Both the position numbers and the translations under genes were made by a program. This document shows positions 1 to 8,348 of a DNA stretch of 64,000 nucleotides, one piece after another. Position 1 is the stretch's first letter; every line of letters starts with the position of its first letter. Origin of the DNA: an uncultured Kiloniellales bacterium (lineage in GTDB: Bacteria > Actinomycetota > Acidimicrobiia > Spongiisociales > UBA5794). Below the pieces are notes generated by a model that had not been told where the DNA came from, searched no databases, and was given only the letters and a program-made list of their open reading frames with translations. The stretch is taken from contig CAXMOP010000115.1 in NCBI GenBank assembly GCA_964195155.1, positions 4,986 through 68,985 of the forward strand, in the 5' to 3' direction.

Positions 1-62
1 TCGAGCTGGGCGGGGACGATGCCGCGGACGTCATATGCCTTGAAGATGGTCTCGAGCTGCAC
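1..62 (-). CDS. 5' end (about 20 codons) of a phosphomannomutase/phosphoglucomutase-family gene running off the left edge
   Basis: The reverse strand reads GTG-QLETIFKAYDVRGIVPAQL, the N-terminal FKAYDxRG motif of alpha-D-phosphohexomutases. The GTG start is at 62-60. Confidence 0.4.
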   Translation of the reverse strand, partial: MQLETIFKAYDVRGIVPAQL

Positions 63-80
63 GGAGCAGGAGTGTATGAG

Positions 81-216
81 TCGTCAGTCGTCAGTCGTCA
101 GTCGTCAGTCGTCAGAGGGCGGCGAAAAGGACAACCGCGTCTTCGGGCTGAAGACTGTGGACTCAGGACTGTGGACCTGAGGCCTATGGACTTGAAGACA
201 GGACTTGGACTCTCTT
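81..216. repeat. Heptamer tandem arrays: (TCGTCAG)x5 at 81-115, then about 9 GGACTNN-type units at 153-216
   Basis: Read directly from the sequence. The CAGTC and GACTG cores are complementary, so the two arrays can pair. They lie in the divergent region between the pmm-like start (62) and the GT2 start (238). Confidence 0.85.
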
Positions 217-237
217 TCGCCTCCTACTCTCCCCGAC

Positions 238-936
238 ATGGCCAATGGAACGCCGACCTTCTCGATTGTGATCCCGGTTCATAACGAGGCGAGCTATCTC
301 CCGGGCGCACTCGCCGAGCTCTTCGCCGAGCTGTCGTCGGTCCCGGCCACGGTCAAGGTCCTCGTCGTGGAAAACGGATCGACCGATGCCACTGCGGCGA
401 CTGTGCAGTCGCTCGCCGAGGACTATCCCGGTCTCTCGCTGATCTCCCTTCCCGCCGCCGACTACGGGGCGGCGATGCGAGAGGGGTTTCTCGCTACCGA
501 CGGCGATTGGGCCGTCAATTTCGACATCGACTACTTCTCCGGTGCATTCCTGGCCAGGGTGCTGGAACTCGGGAGCGACGCCGACCTCGTGCTCGCGTCG
601 AAACGCGCCCCTGGAGCGGACGACCGCCGGTCGGGCTTCCGCCGTTTCGCCACCTGGGCGTTCAATCAGATTCTTCGCTTCGGTCTGGGGTCGAGTGTGT
701 CCGACACCCATGGCATGAAGGCGATCCGACGGGAGGTGGTGGCCGTTATCACCCCGGACTGCCGGTCGACCCAGGACCTGTTCGACACCGAGCTCGTGAT
801 GAGAGCCGAACGAGCCGGCTACCGCATCGTCGAGGTGCCGGCGGTAGTGGAAGAGAAGCGGGAGACTCGCTCCAGCCTGATGAACAGGGTGCCCCGCACC
901 CTGCGTGGAGTCATTGCGATTCGCCGGAACCTCTAG
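238..936 (+). CDS. Glycosyltransferase family 2, polyprenol-phosphate sugar synthase-like (Ppm1/GtrB/PpgS type)
   Basis: ATG at 238. TFSIVIPVHNEASYL, VVENGSTD and a DxD-like region are GT2 hallmarks. It is about 230 aa and soluble, as expected for a polyprenyl-P-sugar synthase. Confidence 0.75.
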   Translation: MANGTPTFSIVIPVHNEASYLPGALAELFAELSSVPATVKVLVVENGSTDATAATVQSLAEDYPGLSLISLPAADYGAAMREGFLATDGDWAVNFDIDYFSGAFLARVLELGSDADLVLASKRAPGADDRRSGFRRFATWAFNQILRFGLGSSVSDTHGMKAIRREVVAVITPDCRSTQDLFDTELVMRAERAGYRIVEVPAVVEEKRETRSSLMNRVPRTLRGVIAIRRNL

Positions 937-1751
937 CCGGGCAGTCCGGCGAGTTGCCGCAGCGAGGCCTCACTGTCGGCGTCGGCGGGTAGCAGCGCCT
1001 CCAGGCGAAGCTCCTCGAGCGTCACGTCGTAGGGGGCACCGATGGTGGCGATGGTGGTGAAGAGCTTCAGCTCCAGATCCTCGATACGGAGGTGCAGCGG
1101 TACCAGCAGCGCCGAGCTGGTCGGCACCGGCTGGGCCTCCGGGAGGTCGGCGATACCGGGATAGGACCGTACCTCCCCCAGCAGTTGGGTGAGGGTGGTA
1201 TCGGTCGGTCGGTCCATCGCCTCACGCTCGACACGGTCGAGCAGGGCCGTCGCTGCCTCTTCCCAGTTGACGAGGTACCGCCGCAGGCCCCTCGGGTGCA
1301 GCGACAGCCGGATGAGGTTGCCGGCAAACAACGCAACGTCGGTGGGGTCGATCAGCCGCGCCACCAGCGCCCCGGCCGCCTCGTTACTCAGCAACAGGTT
1401 CCAGCCCCGATCGACGACGTACGCGGGGAACGGCTCGTGCGCACCCAGGATCACGGACAGGACATGCCGCACCTGTTCGAGGCCCGGTTCGTCGAGGCGC
1501 CGTTCCTGGTACACCGGCGCGAAGCCGGCAGCGGCGAGCAGCGCGTTCCGATAGCGAAGGGGCACGTCAAGCGCCGTGCCGAGATGCAGCACCATCTCCC
1601 GACTGGGCTTGGCTCGCCCGGTCTCGAGAAAGCTCAGGTGACGCTGGGACACCGCGGCGGTTGCGGCCAGATCGAGCTGGCTGACCCGGCGGGCGGTGCG
1701 CCACTGCCTCAGCAGGTCGCCGAACTTGGGGGCGGAGCCGGTCGTGGTCAT
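933..1751 (-). CDS. XRE-family HTH transcriptional regulator with an MmyB-like C-terminal domain
   Basis: ATG at 1751 is confirmed in the sequence. The N-terminal HTH is LRQWRTARRVSQLDLAATAAVSQRHLSFLETGRAKPS. The 626-aa ORF in the track is an upstream-extension artefact. The stop overlaps the GT2 stop region at 933-936. Confidence 0.8.
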   Translation of the reverse strand: MTTTGSAPKFGDLLRQWRTARRVSQLDLAATAAVSQRHLSFLETGRAKPSREMVLHLGTALDVPLRYRNALLAAAGFAPVYQERRLDEPGLEQVRHVLSVILGAHEPFPAYVVDRGWNLLLSNEAAGALVARLIDPTDVALFAGNLIRLSLHPRGLRRYLVNWEEAATALLDRVEREAMDRPTDTTLTQLLGEVRSYPGIADLPEAQPVPTSSALLVPLHLRIEDLELKLFTTIATIGAPYDVTLEELRLEALLPADADSEASLRQLAGLPG

Positions 1752-1784
1752 GCGAGTCGAGCGTACTTCGCCGGGGGACCCGTT

Positions 1785-1803
1785 CCTATTACCTATTAGG
1801 TAA
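1785..1803. promoter_or_regulatory. AT-rich operator-like palindrome TTACCTA-T-TAGGTAA, preceded by an extra CCTATT half-site
   Basis: A perfect 7-bp inverted repeat with a 1-nt centre, in a 117-bp divergent spacer between the XRE regulator (start 1751) and a small membrane protein (start 1869). AT-rich sequence is rare in this 70% GC DNA. Confidence 0.6.
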
Positions 1804-1868
1804 TTGATTCCATTCCTAGCCGGTCTGATACTTGACGGGTCTGGCAAGAAACGGCACCAGGAGGATCC

Positions 1869-2285
1869 ATGAAGAACCAAGACGCTCGCAGCTCCCTGTT
1901 GGGCAGGGCGATGACCGACAACGGCCTGTTCTCCGGCACCGCCGGCATCGTGCTCATCATCGGTGCGGCGTTCGGCCTCGGTGGCTGGATCGGCATCAAC
2001 GCCTGGCTCCTGGCCGGCCTCGGAGTCGGTCTGGTGGTGTACGCCGCCGATCTGTTGTGGTTGGCGCGCTCCTCCCGCATGATCGTCGCCGGCGGACGGG
2101 CCGCGGTGCTGGCCGACGTCGCCTGGGTGATCGCCGCCGCAGCGTTGATTGCCTTCAGCGCGGTGCTGACCCGGCAGGGAGAGCTGGCCCTCGCCATCGT
2201 CAGCATTGTCGTCGCCGGGTTCGCAGCCGCTCAATGGATCGGCCTGAGGCGACTCAGCGACGCTGAGGACCACACCGCGGTGTAG
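1869..2285 (+). CDS. Small integral membrane protein (4 predicted TM helices), divergent partner of the XRE/MmyB regulator
   Basis: ATG at 1869 with a GGAGGA Shine-Dalgarno sequence 5 nt upstream. The hydrophobic segments are clear. Confidence 0.6.
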   Translation: MKNQDARSSLLGRAMTDNGLFSGTAGIVLIIGAAFGLGGWIGINAWLLAGLGVGLVVYAADLLWLARSSRMIVAGGRAAVLADVAWVIAAAALIAFSAVLTRQGELALAIVSIVVAGFAAAQWIGLRRLSDAEDHTAV

Positions 2286-2303
2286 ACCGTGTAGACAAGG
2301 GGC

Positions 2304-2886
2304 GTGCTCATCCGACGGGCGGTTCTCGACGGGGTCGTAGCGGGCGAGATCGATCTCGCCTTTCGACGCTGGGATCGCCCGTCGGTCAAGGTCGGAACCC
2401 GACAGCGCACGGCGGTGGGGATCATCGAGATCACGGCCATGGAGGTGATCGACCTCGCCAACATCACCGACGAGGAGGCCGTCCGAGCCGGCGCGGCATC
2501 GGCGGCCGAGATCCGGGCATGGCTCGGAGCAAGAACCGGCTCGGTCTATCGCATCAGCCTCATATACGCGGGAACCGACCCCAGGGTGGCGTTGCGCAAG
2601 GCCGAGATCACTACCGATGAGGACCAGTCGAAGTTGGCCGCTCAATTGGACCGCTTCGATGGAACCGGGCGCCGCGGGCCTTGGACGGTTGCGGTGCTGC
2701 GGGCCATCGGAGATGCGCCCGGCACCCCGGCGGCGGGATCTCGCCTTGCGGTTCGGCCGCGAGAAGCGCCTCTTCAAAACCGACGTGCGGAAACTGAAGG
2801 AACTCGGCCTCACCGAGAGCCTGCGACCAGGGTATCGGCTGTCGCCGCGGGGCCGGTCGTTCCTGAAACGGCTCGACGAAGACTAG
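2304..2886 (+). CDS. Hypothetical protein with an apparent +1/-1 frameshift near 2724-2738 (frame 0 from 2304, frame 1 to 2886)
   Basis: The frame-0 product looks protein-like up to GDAPGTPAAG. Frame 1 continues as RDLALRFGREKRLFKTDVRKLKELGLTESLRPGYRLSPRGRSFLKRLDED. The switch falls in the run caccccggcggcggg. Downstream, frame 0 reads antisense through gtrA and is not coding. Confidence 0.4.
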
Positions 2887-3035
2887 AGGATGCGCGGATA
2901 GGTGATCGGCCTTCTCGACAGAGGTGCTTCTTTGCCTTCCGCTCTTGCTGCTTCGCAGCGGGCCGCTCGGGCCCCGGCTCAGCGGATACTCTTTCTCAGA
3001 TCGTGACCGGAATCGCGCCCTACCCGCTGAGCCTC

Positions 3036-3503
3036 TTAGTCGGCCGCTACCGGCTCAGCCGCTTCCTCCCCGGCGAGGGCACGGCCGAACACGATGTCAC
3101 GGTACGAGGCGAACTTGGGGAGCAGGATCATCACCGAGGCGAACAGATAGACCCCGTTGGCGGCAACGGCAGACAGCGGGCCGAAGAACGACTCGGCAAG
3201 CCACATGATGCCGGCAGTCACCGCCCAGGCAGCCCCATTGACCAGGTAGAACTGGAAGGTCTCGCGCCCGGACAGTTTCCCGTCGCGCAGCTCAAAGGTC
3301 CAGGTGCGGTTGAGCAGGTAGGAGAGGAACGTCGTCACGGCGAAGGCAACCGACACCGAAGCCACCGACGACCAGTCGAATCCGATCAGGAAGAGGTTGA
3401 ACAGCGCAAACGACACCACGGTATTGACCACGCCGACCACGCCGACCTTGACGAACTGGTCGAGCGACTCACGATTGAGGAAGCTCTCGACATACTGCTT
3501 CAC
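3036..3503 (-). CDS. GtrA-family small membrane protein (polysaccharide/lipid-sugar flippase-like)
   Basis: GTG at 3503 preceded by GAGAGGA. It is a 155-aa protein with 4 TM helices and matches the GtrA/DUF2304 profile (VKVGVVGVVNTVVSFALFNLF...). The GTGA overlap with the upstream gene's stop (3500-3503) indicates translational coupling. Confidence 0.8.
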   Translation of the reverse strand: MKQYVESFLNRESLDQFVKVGVVGVVNTVVSFALFNLFLIGFDWSSVASVSVAFAVTTFLSYLLNRTWTFELRDGKLSGRETFQFYLVNGAAWAVTAGIMWLAESFFGPLSAVAANGVYLFASVMILLPKFASYRDIVFGRALAGEEAAEPVAAD

Positions 3504-5725
3504 ACGCCGGTCCTCTCGTTCCGCTCCCGCCGCCGCAAATACGCATAGGCGGCCAGCCCACCAAGCGCGAGCACGGTGAGCACCATGCCGATGTTCTCGG
3601 CACCGGTGTTGCGAAACTCGAGGACTACATCTTCCTGGGTGGGAACGACCACCATCAACGACGGCGCGGCACGGTATGGCCCCTCGGCACCATCCACCTG
3701 CCAATTCGGGAAGTAGGAGATCTTGACCAGATGCGGAACACCAATGGCGGTGGTGGTAAACGACAAGCGATGGTTCTCGAGTACCACGTTGGTCACGGAG
3801 CCGCCCTCCGGATACGGATCGCTGGAGATGAGCCGATCGCCGACCGAGGTCACGGCGGGCCATTCCGCCGGACCGGTCTCGACGAGCCAGTGGTCGAGGT
3901 TGGCGACGTCGTCGTACCACTCGAGTGATGGCTCGAGGAAGTCGCCGCCACCGCCCCACACCGCAGGCGTGACGGTGGCCACGTCGACGAAGTCGGAGTC
4001 CGGCAGCGCGAAGATCGTCCACGGCAAGGCGACACCGACTTCAACGAGGCCTGAGTCTCGAGCCGCGGTTTCCCCACGTTCGGTGAAACTGACGTAATAG
4101 GCCACGTCGTAGAGGGCGAGATGCTGAATACCGCGATCGAGGTCGAAGCCCCGGTAGTCGAGGCCGCGCACCGGGTTGGACGGCCGATCACTGACTTCCG
4201 AGGCGTTGAGGAAGTGGAATGGTGTGGTGAGGGATGATTCGAAGAACAGACCCTCCATGGACGGGTGCTCCTCGCTCCAAAAGCCCGTCAGCATGAGGGC
4301 CATCGGCGTGCCGTACTGGTTGAGTTCGTGGTTCGCCTCCCACATCACCCGGCCAGGCGGGAGTCCGTCGATCTCCTGCATGAGGGCCTCGTATTCGTGG
4401 TAGTTGGGCTTGCCCTCATACCCCTCGTAGTTCCACTTGACCCAGCCCGGAACGTCGTGGATGTTGGCAATGGTGGCGACAAGCACCAGAAACCCGGCAA
4501 TGAGGGACCCGGCGATCAGCACGGTCCTGCGCGCCGACGATCGCCTGGCCACTTCGGTCACCGCGAGTCCCAACGCAATACCGGCAAATACAAACATCCC
4601 GAAATACCAGTACGGCAGCAGCCGGGCGTTGTAGAGGATCGTGACGCCAAGAAGGGGCAGCACGAGATATCCGACGATGGGCAGGACGGTCAACCACGCC
4701 AATGCCACCACGTCGTCACGTCGCAGCATGCTCCACACCACGCCGACACCGCCGAGGATGACGACCGGAACGAACTCTCCCGGGAGCGGGGTCCCGGGAC
4801 TCTGCTCGCCGACGAGACCCGTTACCGCCGACCACCCCATGTCGGTCGTCAGCCCGCCCATCACGCCGAGGATGAGCGGAAGTGCCCAGAACGCGGCAAT
4901 GCCGAAGCCAAGCAGCCACGAGGGAAACACGACCCGTGGCCCGCCCTTACGGAACAGGAGGGGCACCGTTGCGATGACGATGATCATCGTGGTGACGATG
5001 TGGCTGAGCGCGGTCAGCCCGAGCAGCACGCCGGCGAGCGGCGTCCAGCCTCGGCCCTCGCGCACGTCGCGCACGACCACGCCGAGATAGAGGATCGAGA
5101 GGGCAAAAGACCACGAGAAGGAGAACTCGCCGGCGAGGGTGGACTTGATGTTGGCGCCGAAGATCGAATAGCTCTCCATGAACAGAAACATCCCGCCGGC
5201 CACAGCGGCGATCCCTGCGATCGGACGGGAGAACCCGGACATGCGGGAAAACAGATAGGTCACGGCGGGGAGGGCAACCAGGCCGACGATGGTGACCAGC
5301 TTGAACGCGACCCCGTAGGGAAGGACCACGTCGAGCAGCACCGTCGTGACCGCAGGCAAAGGGAAGTAGAAGTAGAGGACGGGGAAACCGGCATACCAGG
5401 CGTTCGACCAGCCCAGCAGCCTTCCCGATGAAATCAGATTGTCCGCCAACACCTTCGGCAGCAGGACGTGGGCGCCCATATCTCCGCCGGTCGGGGTGTT
5501 GGCGACCAGCAGCTGCGGGAATCTGATGAGATCACCGCTGCCGATCGTGCCCAGGATTCCCGACATCACCAGCAGGATGAGCAAGGTGGGAGCGCCGACC
5601 AGGACCGCAATCACCCAGGTCGGCACACCCTGGCGCGGGGTGAGCGGACGGCGAGGAGGCGCCGACTCTGGCGGCGCGATCGCGGTGGTTGACACCAGCG
5701 GCAGGCTAGAGGAGGTGGTGAGCAA
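3500..5725 (-). CDS. Large polytopic membrane protein, GT-C-like glycosyltransferase candidate (about 12 TM N-terminal, about 250-aa extracytoplasmic C-terminus)
   Basis: 741 aa. The architecture and the position upstream of gtrA match a GtrC-like/GT-C transferase. Confidence 0.7.
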   Translation of the reverse strand: MLTTSSSLPLVSTTAIAPPESAPPRRPLTPRQGVPTWVIAVLVGAPTLLILLVMSGILGTIGSGDLIRFPQLLVANTPTGGDMGAHVLLPKVLADNLISSGRLLGWSNAWYAGFPVLYFYFPLPAVTTVLLDVVLPYGVAFKLVTIVGLVALPAVTYLFSRMSGFSRPIAGIAAVAGGMFLFMESYSIFGANIKSTLAGEFSFSWSFALSILYLGVVVRDVREGRGWTPLAGVLLGLTALSHIVTTMIIVIATVPLLFRKGGPRVVFPSWLLGFGIAAFWALPLILGVMGGLTTDMGWSAVTGLVGEQSPGTPLPGEFVPVVILGGVGVVWSMLRRDDVVALAWLTVLPIVGYLVLPLLGVTILYNARLLPYWYFGMFVFAGIALGLAVTEVARRSSARRTVLIAGSLIAGFLVLVATIANIHDVPGWVKWNYEGYEGKPNYHEYEALMQEIDGLPPGRVMWEANHELNQYGTPMALMLTGFWSEEHPSMEGLFFESSLTTPFHFLNASEVSDRPSNPVRGLDYRGFDLDRGIQHLALYDVAYYVSFTERGETAARDSGLVEVGVALPWTIFALPDSDFVDVATVTPAVWGGGGDFLEPSLEWYDDVANLDHWLVETGPAEWPAVTSVGDRLISSDPYPEGGSVTNVVLENHRLSFTTTAIGVPHLVKISYFPNWQVDGAEGPYRAAPSLMVVVPTQEDVVLEFRNTGAENIGMVLTVLALGGLAAYAYLRRRERNERTGV

Positions 5726-5883
5726 TCCTCCGGCGGGCCGCTGCGGTCAGGAGAAACCAAGTCACCGGATTATCCGAGCAAGCGGCGGCACGTAGCACTC
5801 GTCATTGTTCACCACCGTCCTAGTGAGGCAGGCTTTCTAGGGGTATGGCCGGCAGCCGTGCGCGCCGCCGCCCAAGCATCGCT

Positions 5884-6084
5884 TCAGGGTTCGCCGCGCT
5901 CCACATCGAGCAATGCGCCGAGTTCGAGATGCTCACCGTCGCGGTCCCACCACTTCGACTCACAGCGGTGGCATGAGCAGAAGATGACCTGAGAGCCATC
6001 CGGGAGGGTCAGCTCGATCTGGATGACCGAGTCGTTGCCACATTCTGCGCAGCGGAGCCCGGATGAGGGTTCTTGCCTTCCCAT
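5884..6084 (-). CDS. Small zinc-ribbon protein (CxxC...CxCHRC)
   Basis: 66 aa with CAECG and CSCHRCE cysteine pairs. Confidence 0.5.
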   Translation of the reverse strand: MGRQEPSSGLRCAECGNDSVIQIELTLPDGSQVIFCSCHRCESKWWDRDGEHLELGALLDVERGEP

Positions 6085-6103
6085 GACCGGTCAGGGTAGC
6101 GCG

Positions 6104-6391
6104 CTAAGCGCGAAAAGCGGCCTCTGGGAGGTCCTCGAGTTTGCCGAGGTAGCGCGACCGACGTTTGCCGTCCTCGGACCAATAGGCGTACCAATACGGG
6201 CCGTGGGGACAGCGGGTGCAGCTCTCCTTTCCGCAACGCACCTTCTGCTGGCGCAGCTTCACGTTGGGCCCGCGGTCGGAGAGCACCAGGCCCCGGCTCT
6301 CCAACCGGGCCTTGGCCAGGATGTAGAGGCGGCGCAGTTCGTGCTCATCCATCTCACGGACCGCCTCGAGCACATCTCTGTCGATTGGCAT
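6104..6391 (-). CDS. Hypothetical protein with a C-terminal CxxxxC..C..H motif
   Basis: ATG at 6391 is confirmed (MPIDRDVLEAV...). The C-terminus reads CGKESCTRCPHGPYWYAYW. Confidence 0.5.
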   Translation of the reverse strand: MPIDRDVLEAVREMDEHELRRLYILAKARLESRGLVLSDRGPNVKLRQQKVRCGKESCTRCPHGPYWYAYWSEDGKRRSRYLGKLEDLPEAAFRA

Positions 6392-6449
6392 GGAGCAAAC
6401 GAACTTAGGGCTCGGCGGGCTTCGGACCAAGGACTCAGGCGGTTGCCGG

Positions 6450-6512
6450 CCACTGGCCACTGGTCATTGGTCACTCGTCACTGGTCACTCGTCACTGATC
6501 TCACTCGTCACC
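6450..6512. repeat. Heptamer tandem array (CACTGGT/CACTCGT)x about 8
   Basis: Directly visible as ccactggccactggtcattggtcactcgtcactggtcactcgtcactga. It lies between two co-directional minus-strand genes. Confidence 0.85.
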
Positions 6513-6891
6513 GATCAAGCCCCGCTCGCCTTGCCGCGTCGCTCAGCGATCGCCGTCTCGGCACGCCGGCGACGAGGAGCTCGACCCGGAGGTCCCGATT
6601 GACTACCGCGGTGAGCGGGACGGATTCGACGCCGAGCTCCTCGAACACGGTCGGCTCGAGCTCCCAGGTGACCTCTCTCAGCGGCACACCGAGGGACTCA
6701 ACCATTGCCAGGGCTTGCTTGCAGTTCGCGCAGTCGGTGGAAGTGAAGACGACGACCCCGGGCTTGTCGGTGAGACCACCCAGGTCGATCGGCGGATGGG
6801 ATGGGCGGCGCCATCGTGCGATGAGCCTGGCGATGGCGATCACGATCAGGACTGCCAACAGCACGACGGCAATCCTGATCGCGATCGTCAC
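6508..6891 (-). CDS. Membrane-anchored thioredoxin/glutaredoxin-like protein (CANC motif)
   Basis: GTG at 6891 overlaps the upstream stop (GTGA). An N-terminal TM helix is followed by VVVFTSTDCANCKQA. Confidence 0.6.
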   Translation of the reverse strand: MTIAIRIAVVLLAVLIVIAIARLIARWRRPSHPPIDLGGLTDKPGVVVFTSTDCANCKQALAMVESLGVPLREVTWELEPTVFEELGVESVPLTAVVNRDLRVELLVAGVPRRRSLSDAARRAGLDR

Positions 6892-8348
6892 TCGACCGGG
6901 ATCCCGCCGATAAAGGCCACGCCGCGGCTGCTGGAAACGGAAAGGGCGGCACTGATTGGCACGGTCGCATCGATGATTACGCCGGACGTTCCGCTCTCGG
7001 TCACCTCGCCGAACGGGATCTCCACCTGCCGGCCCGGCAGGATGATGATCTTGTCCGGCCCTGCCGCGGCGGCGCCGAGTGGGGTGATGGTCACCGTGGC
7101 CTGATCGCCAGACGGGTTGATGATCCACAACGAGGTTTCGGCGGCAGGAACCACTCCGACACCGGGGATGATCCAGCGGGTCGCGGGATCGATATTGCCG
7201 GTCGTTGACGCCAGCCCGTTGAAGACCGCCGGCACCACGGGCTCTTCGGCTACAACGTCGCCCTCACCACCGCTATCGGGGGGCGGGTCCGCCGCATCGT
7301 CGGAGATGTCGTCGCCCACCACCGGATCAGCGCGGGGAAATGTGCCGGGCGGCGCAGCCTGGATCACTGCTCCCACCGGGACATTCGACCTGACCCTGAC
7401 GCCGAACGGCGGGTCGGCAAAGTCGCTCAGCTCGAGCCGTATCGGCTGGTTTGGCGACACCAACAGGCTAGTTACCTCCAGGATCGGCCCGCCGGGAGCG
7501 AAGATGTCGATGGCGACGTTCGCGGCCAGGCTGCCGGTATTGGAAAGGACGAGGGTGGGTTCGAGGCCGGGAACGCTGGTCACCGGGAAGTCCCAGGTCG
7601 CCGAACGACTCGTCCCGTTCCAGGTGGCTTCGTCTTGCTCGTTGCTCAGCACCAATGCGGGAATGACCAGCCCGGGATCGGTCTGCACGGTGAGGGTGAC
7701 GGTGTCGAGGAAGGGGATCACCCGAGAGAGGTCCTCGGTGACCCACGATCGGCCGGGAACGTCGAGCCCCTCGAAGCCGCCGAGGGGTGAGCTCCCGAAC
7801 TCACTGATCGCTTGCACCGTCACCTTGGCCGACTCCGGGAACGGATTGAAGAGCCTGAGCTGCAGGGTGAAACCCTCCGCGGTCGTGCCACCGACGAGGT
7901 GCCATACCTTCGGCACGGAGGCCACGCACTGGTCCCCACTCAGCAGATTCTCGGTCCACATCGCGGTGGTCACCACCGCCGGGCCGTCGTCGAACTCCAC
8001 GATGCCGGGCGACTCGCCTCGTCGCACGATCTCCGCGGTGTCGACGCTGCGGGCATCGGCGCCTTGCAGCTGGAATGCCAGGAGGTCCGGCTCGAGGATC
8101 GGGTTGACGTTTGGCAGCGTGATGAGTGCTTCCACATTGACCGCAGTGGCCACGTCGTATGTTGAATCCCTGACCGCGCCCGACGCCACCCACGGGCAAT
8201 ACCAGACGCTCTCCTCGCCCACCGCGCCGGCGGCATCGACCGGGACGGGGAACCCGAGGGCGGAGCCTTGGGACGGCACCGGCTCTGGCTGAACGAACGC
8301 CAACCCCGCCAGGACCATGAGTACGACGACGACGGCGATCCTTCTCAT
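6888..8348 (-). CDS. Secreted protein of unknown function (signal peptide MRRIAVVVVLMVLAGLAFVQP)
   Basis: ATG at 8348 forms an ATGA overlap with the upstream GT2 gene's stop. 487 aa, rich in beta-type sequence, with no recognisable catalytic motif. Confidence 0.65.
   Translation of the reverse strand: MRRIAVVVVLMVLAGLAFVQPEPVPSQGSALGFPVPVDAAGAVGEESVWYCPWVASGAVRDSTYDVATAVNVEALITLPNVNPILEPDLLAFQLQGADARSVDTAEIVRRGESPGIVEFDDGPAVVTTAMWTENLLSGDQCVASVPKVWHLVGGTTAEGFTLQLRLFNPFPESAKVTVQAISEFGSSPLGGFEGLDVPGRSWVTEDLSRVIPFLDTVTLTVQTDPGLVIPALVLSNEQDEATWNGTSRSATWDFPVTSVPGLEPTLVLSNTGSLAANVAIDIFAPGGPILEVTSLLVSPNQPIRLELSDFADPPFGVRVRSNVPVGAVIQAAPPGTFPRADPVVGDDISDDAADPPPDSGGEGDVVAEEPVVPAVFNGLASTTGNIDPATRWIIPGVGVVPAAETSLWIINPSGDQATVTITPLGAAAAGPDKIIILPGRQVEIPFGEVTESGTSGVIIDATVPISAALSVSSSRGVAFIGGIPVE

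Noticed and set aside
81-216. Heptamer arrays as a CRISPR array
   Set aside because: The repeat unit is 7 nt with no unique spacers, and copies are dispersed over many loci. This is incompatible with CRISPR.
72-284. 70-aa ORF starting at 72
   Set aside because: It is a translation of the heptamer repeat arrays (SVVSRQSSVV...), not a gene.
2724-2738. Programmed ribosomal frameshift in the 2304-2886 gene
   Set aside because: There is no slippery X-XXY-YYZ heptamer or downstream pseudoknot. A homopolymer indel or pseudogene is more parsimonious.
933-2813. 626-aa ORF on the minus strand
   Set aside because: Only the last 272 codons (start ATG at 1751) have protein-like XRE/MmyB sequence. The upstream 350 codons are Arg/Gly/Pro-rich GC-frame artefact that reads antisense through the small membrane-protein gene.
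4265-5431. Long antisense ORFs (for example 4265-5431 +, 8489-9559 +, 8643-9959 -, 20052-20957 -, 24017-25777 -, 37559-38338 -, 41501-42544 +, 49031-50767 -)
   Set aside because: They are typical high-GC shadow ORFs opposite well-supported genes. Their products are dominated by R, G, P, A, H and D with no motifs.
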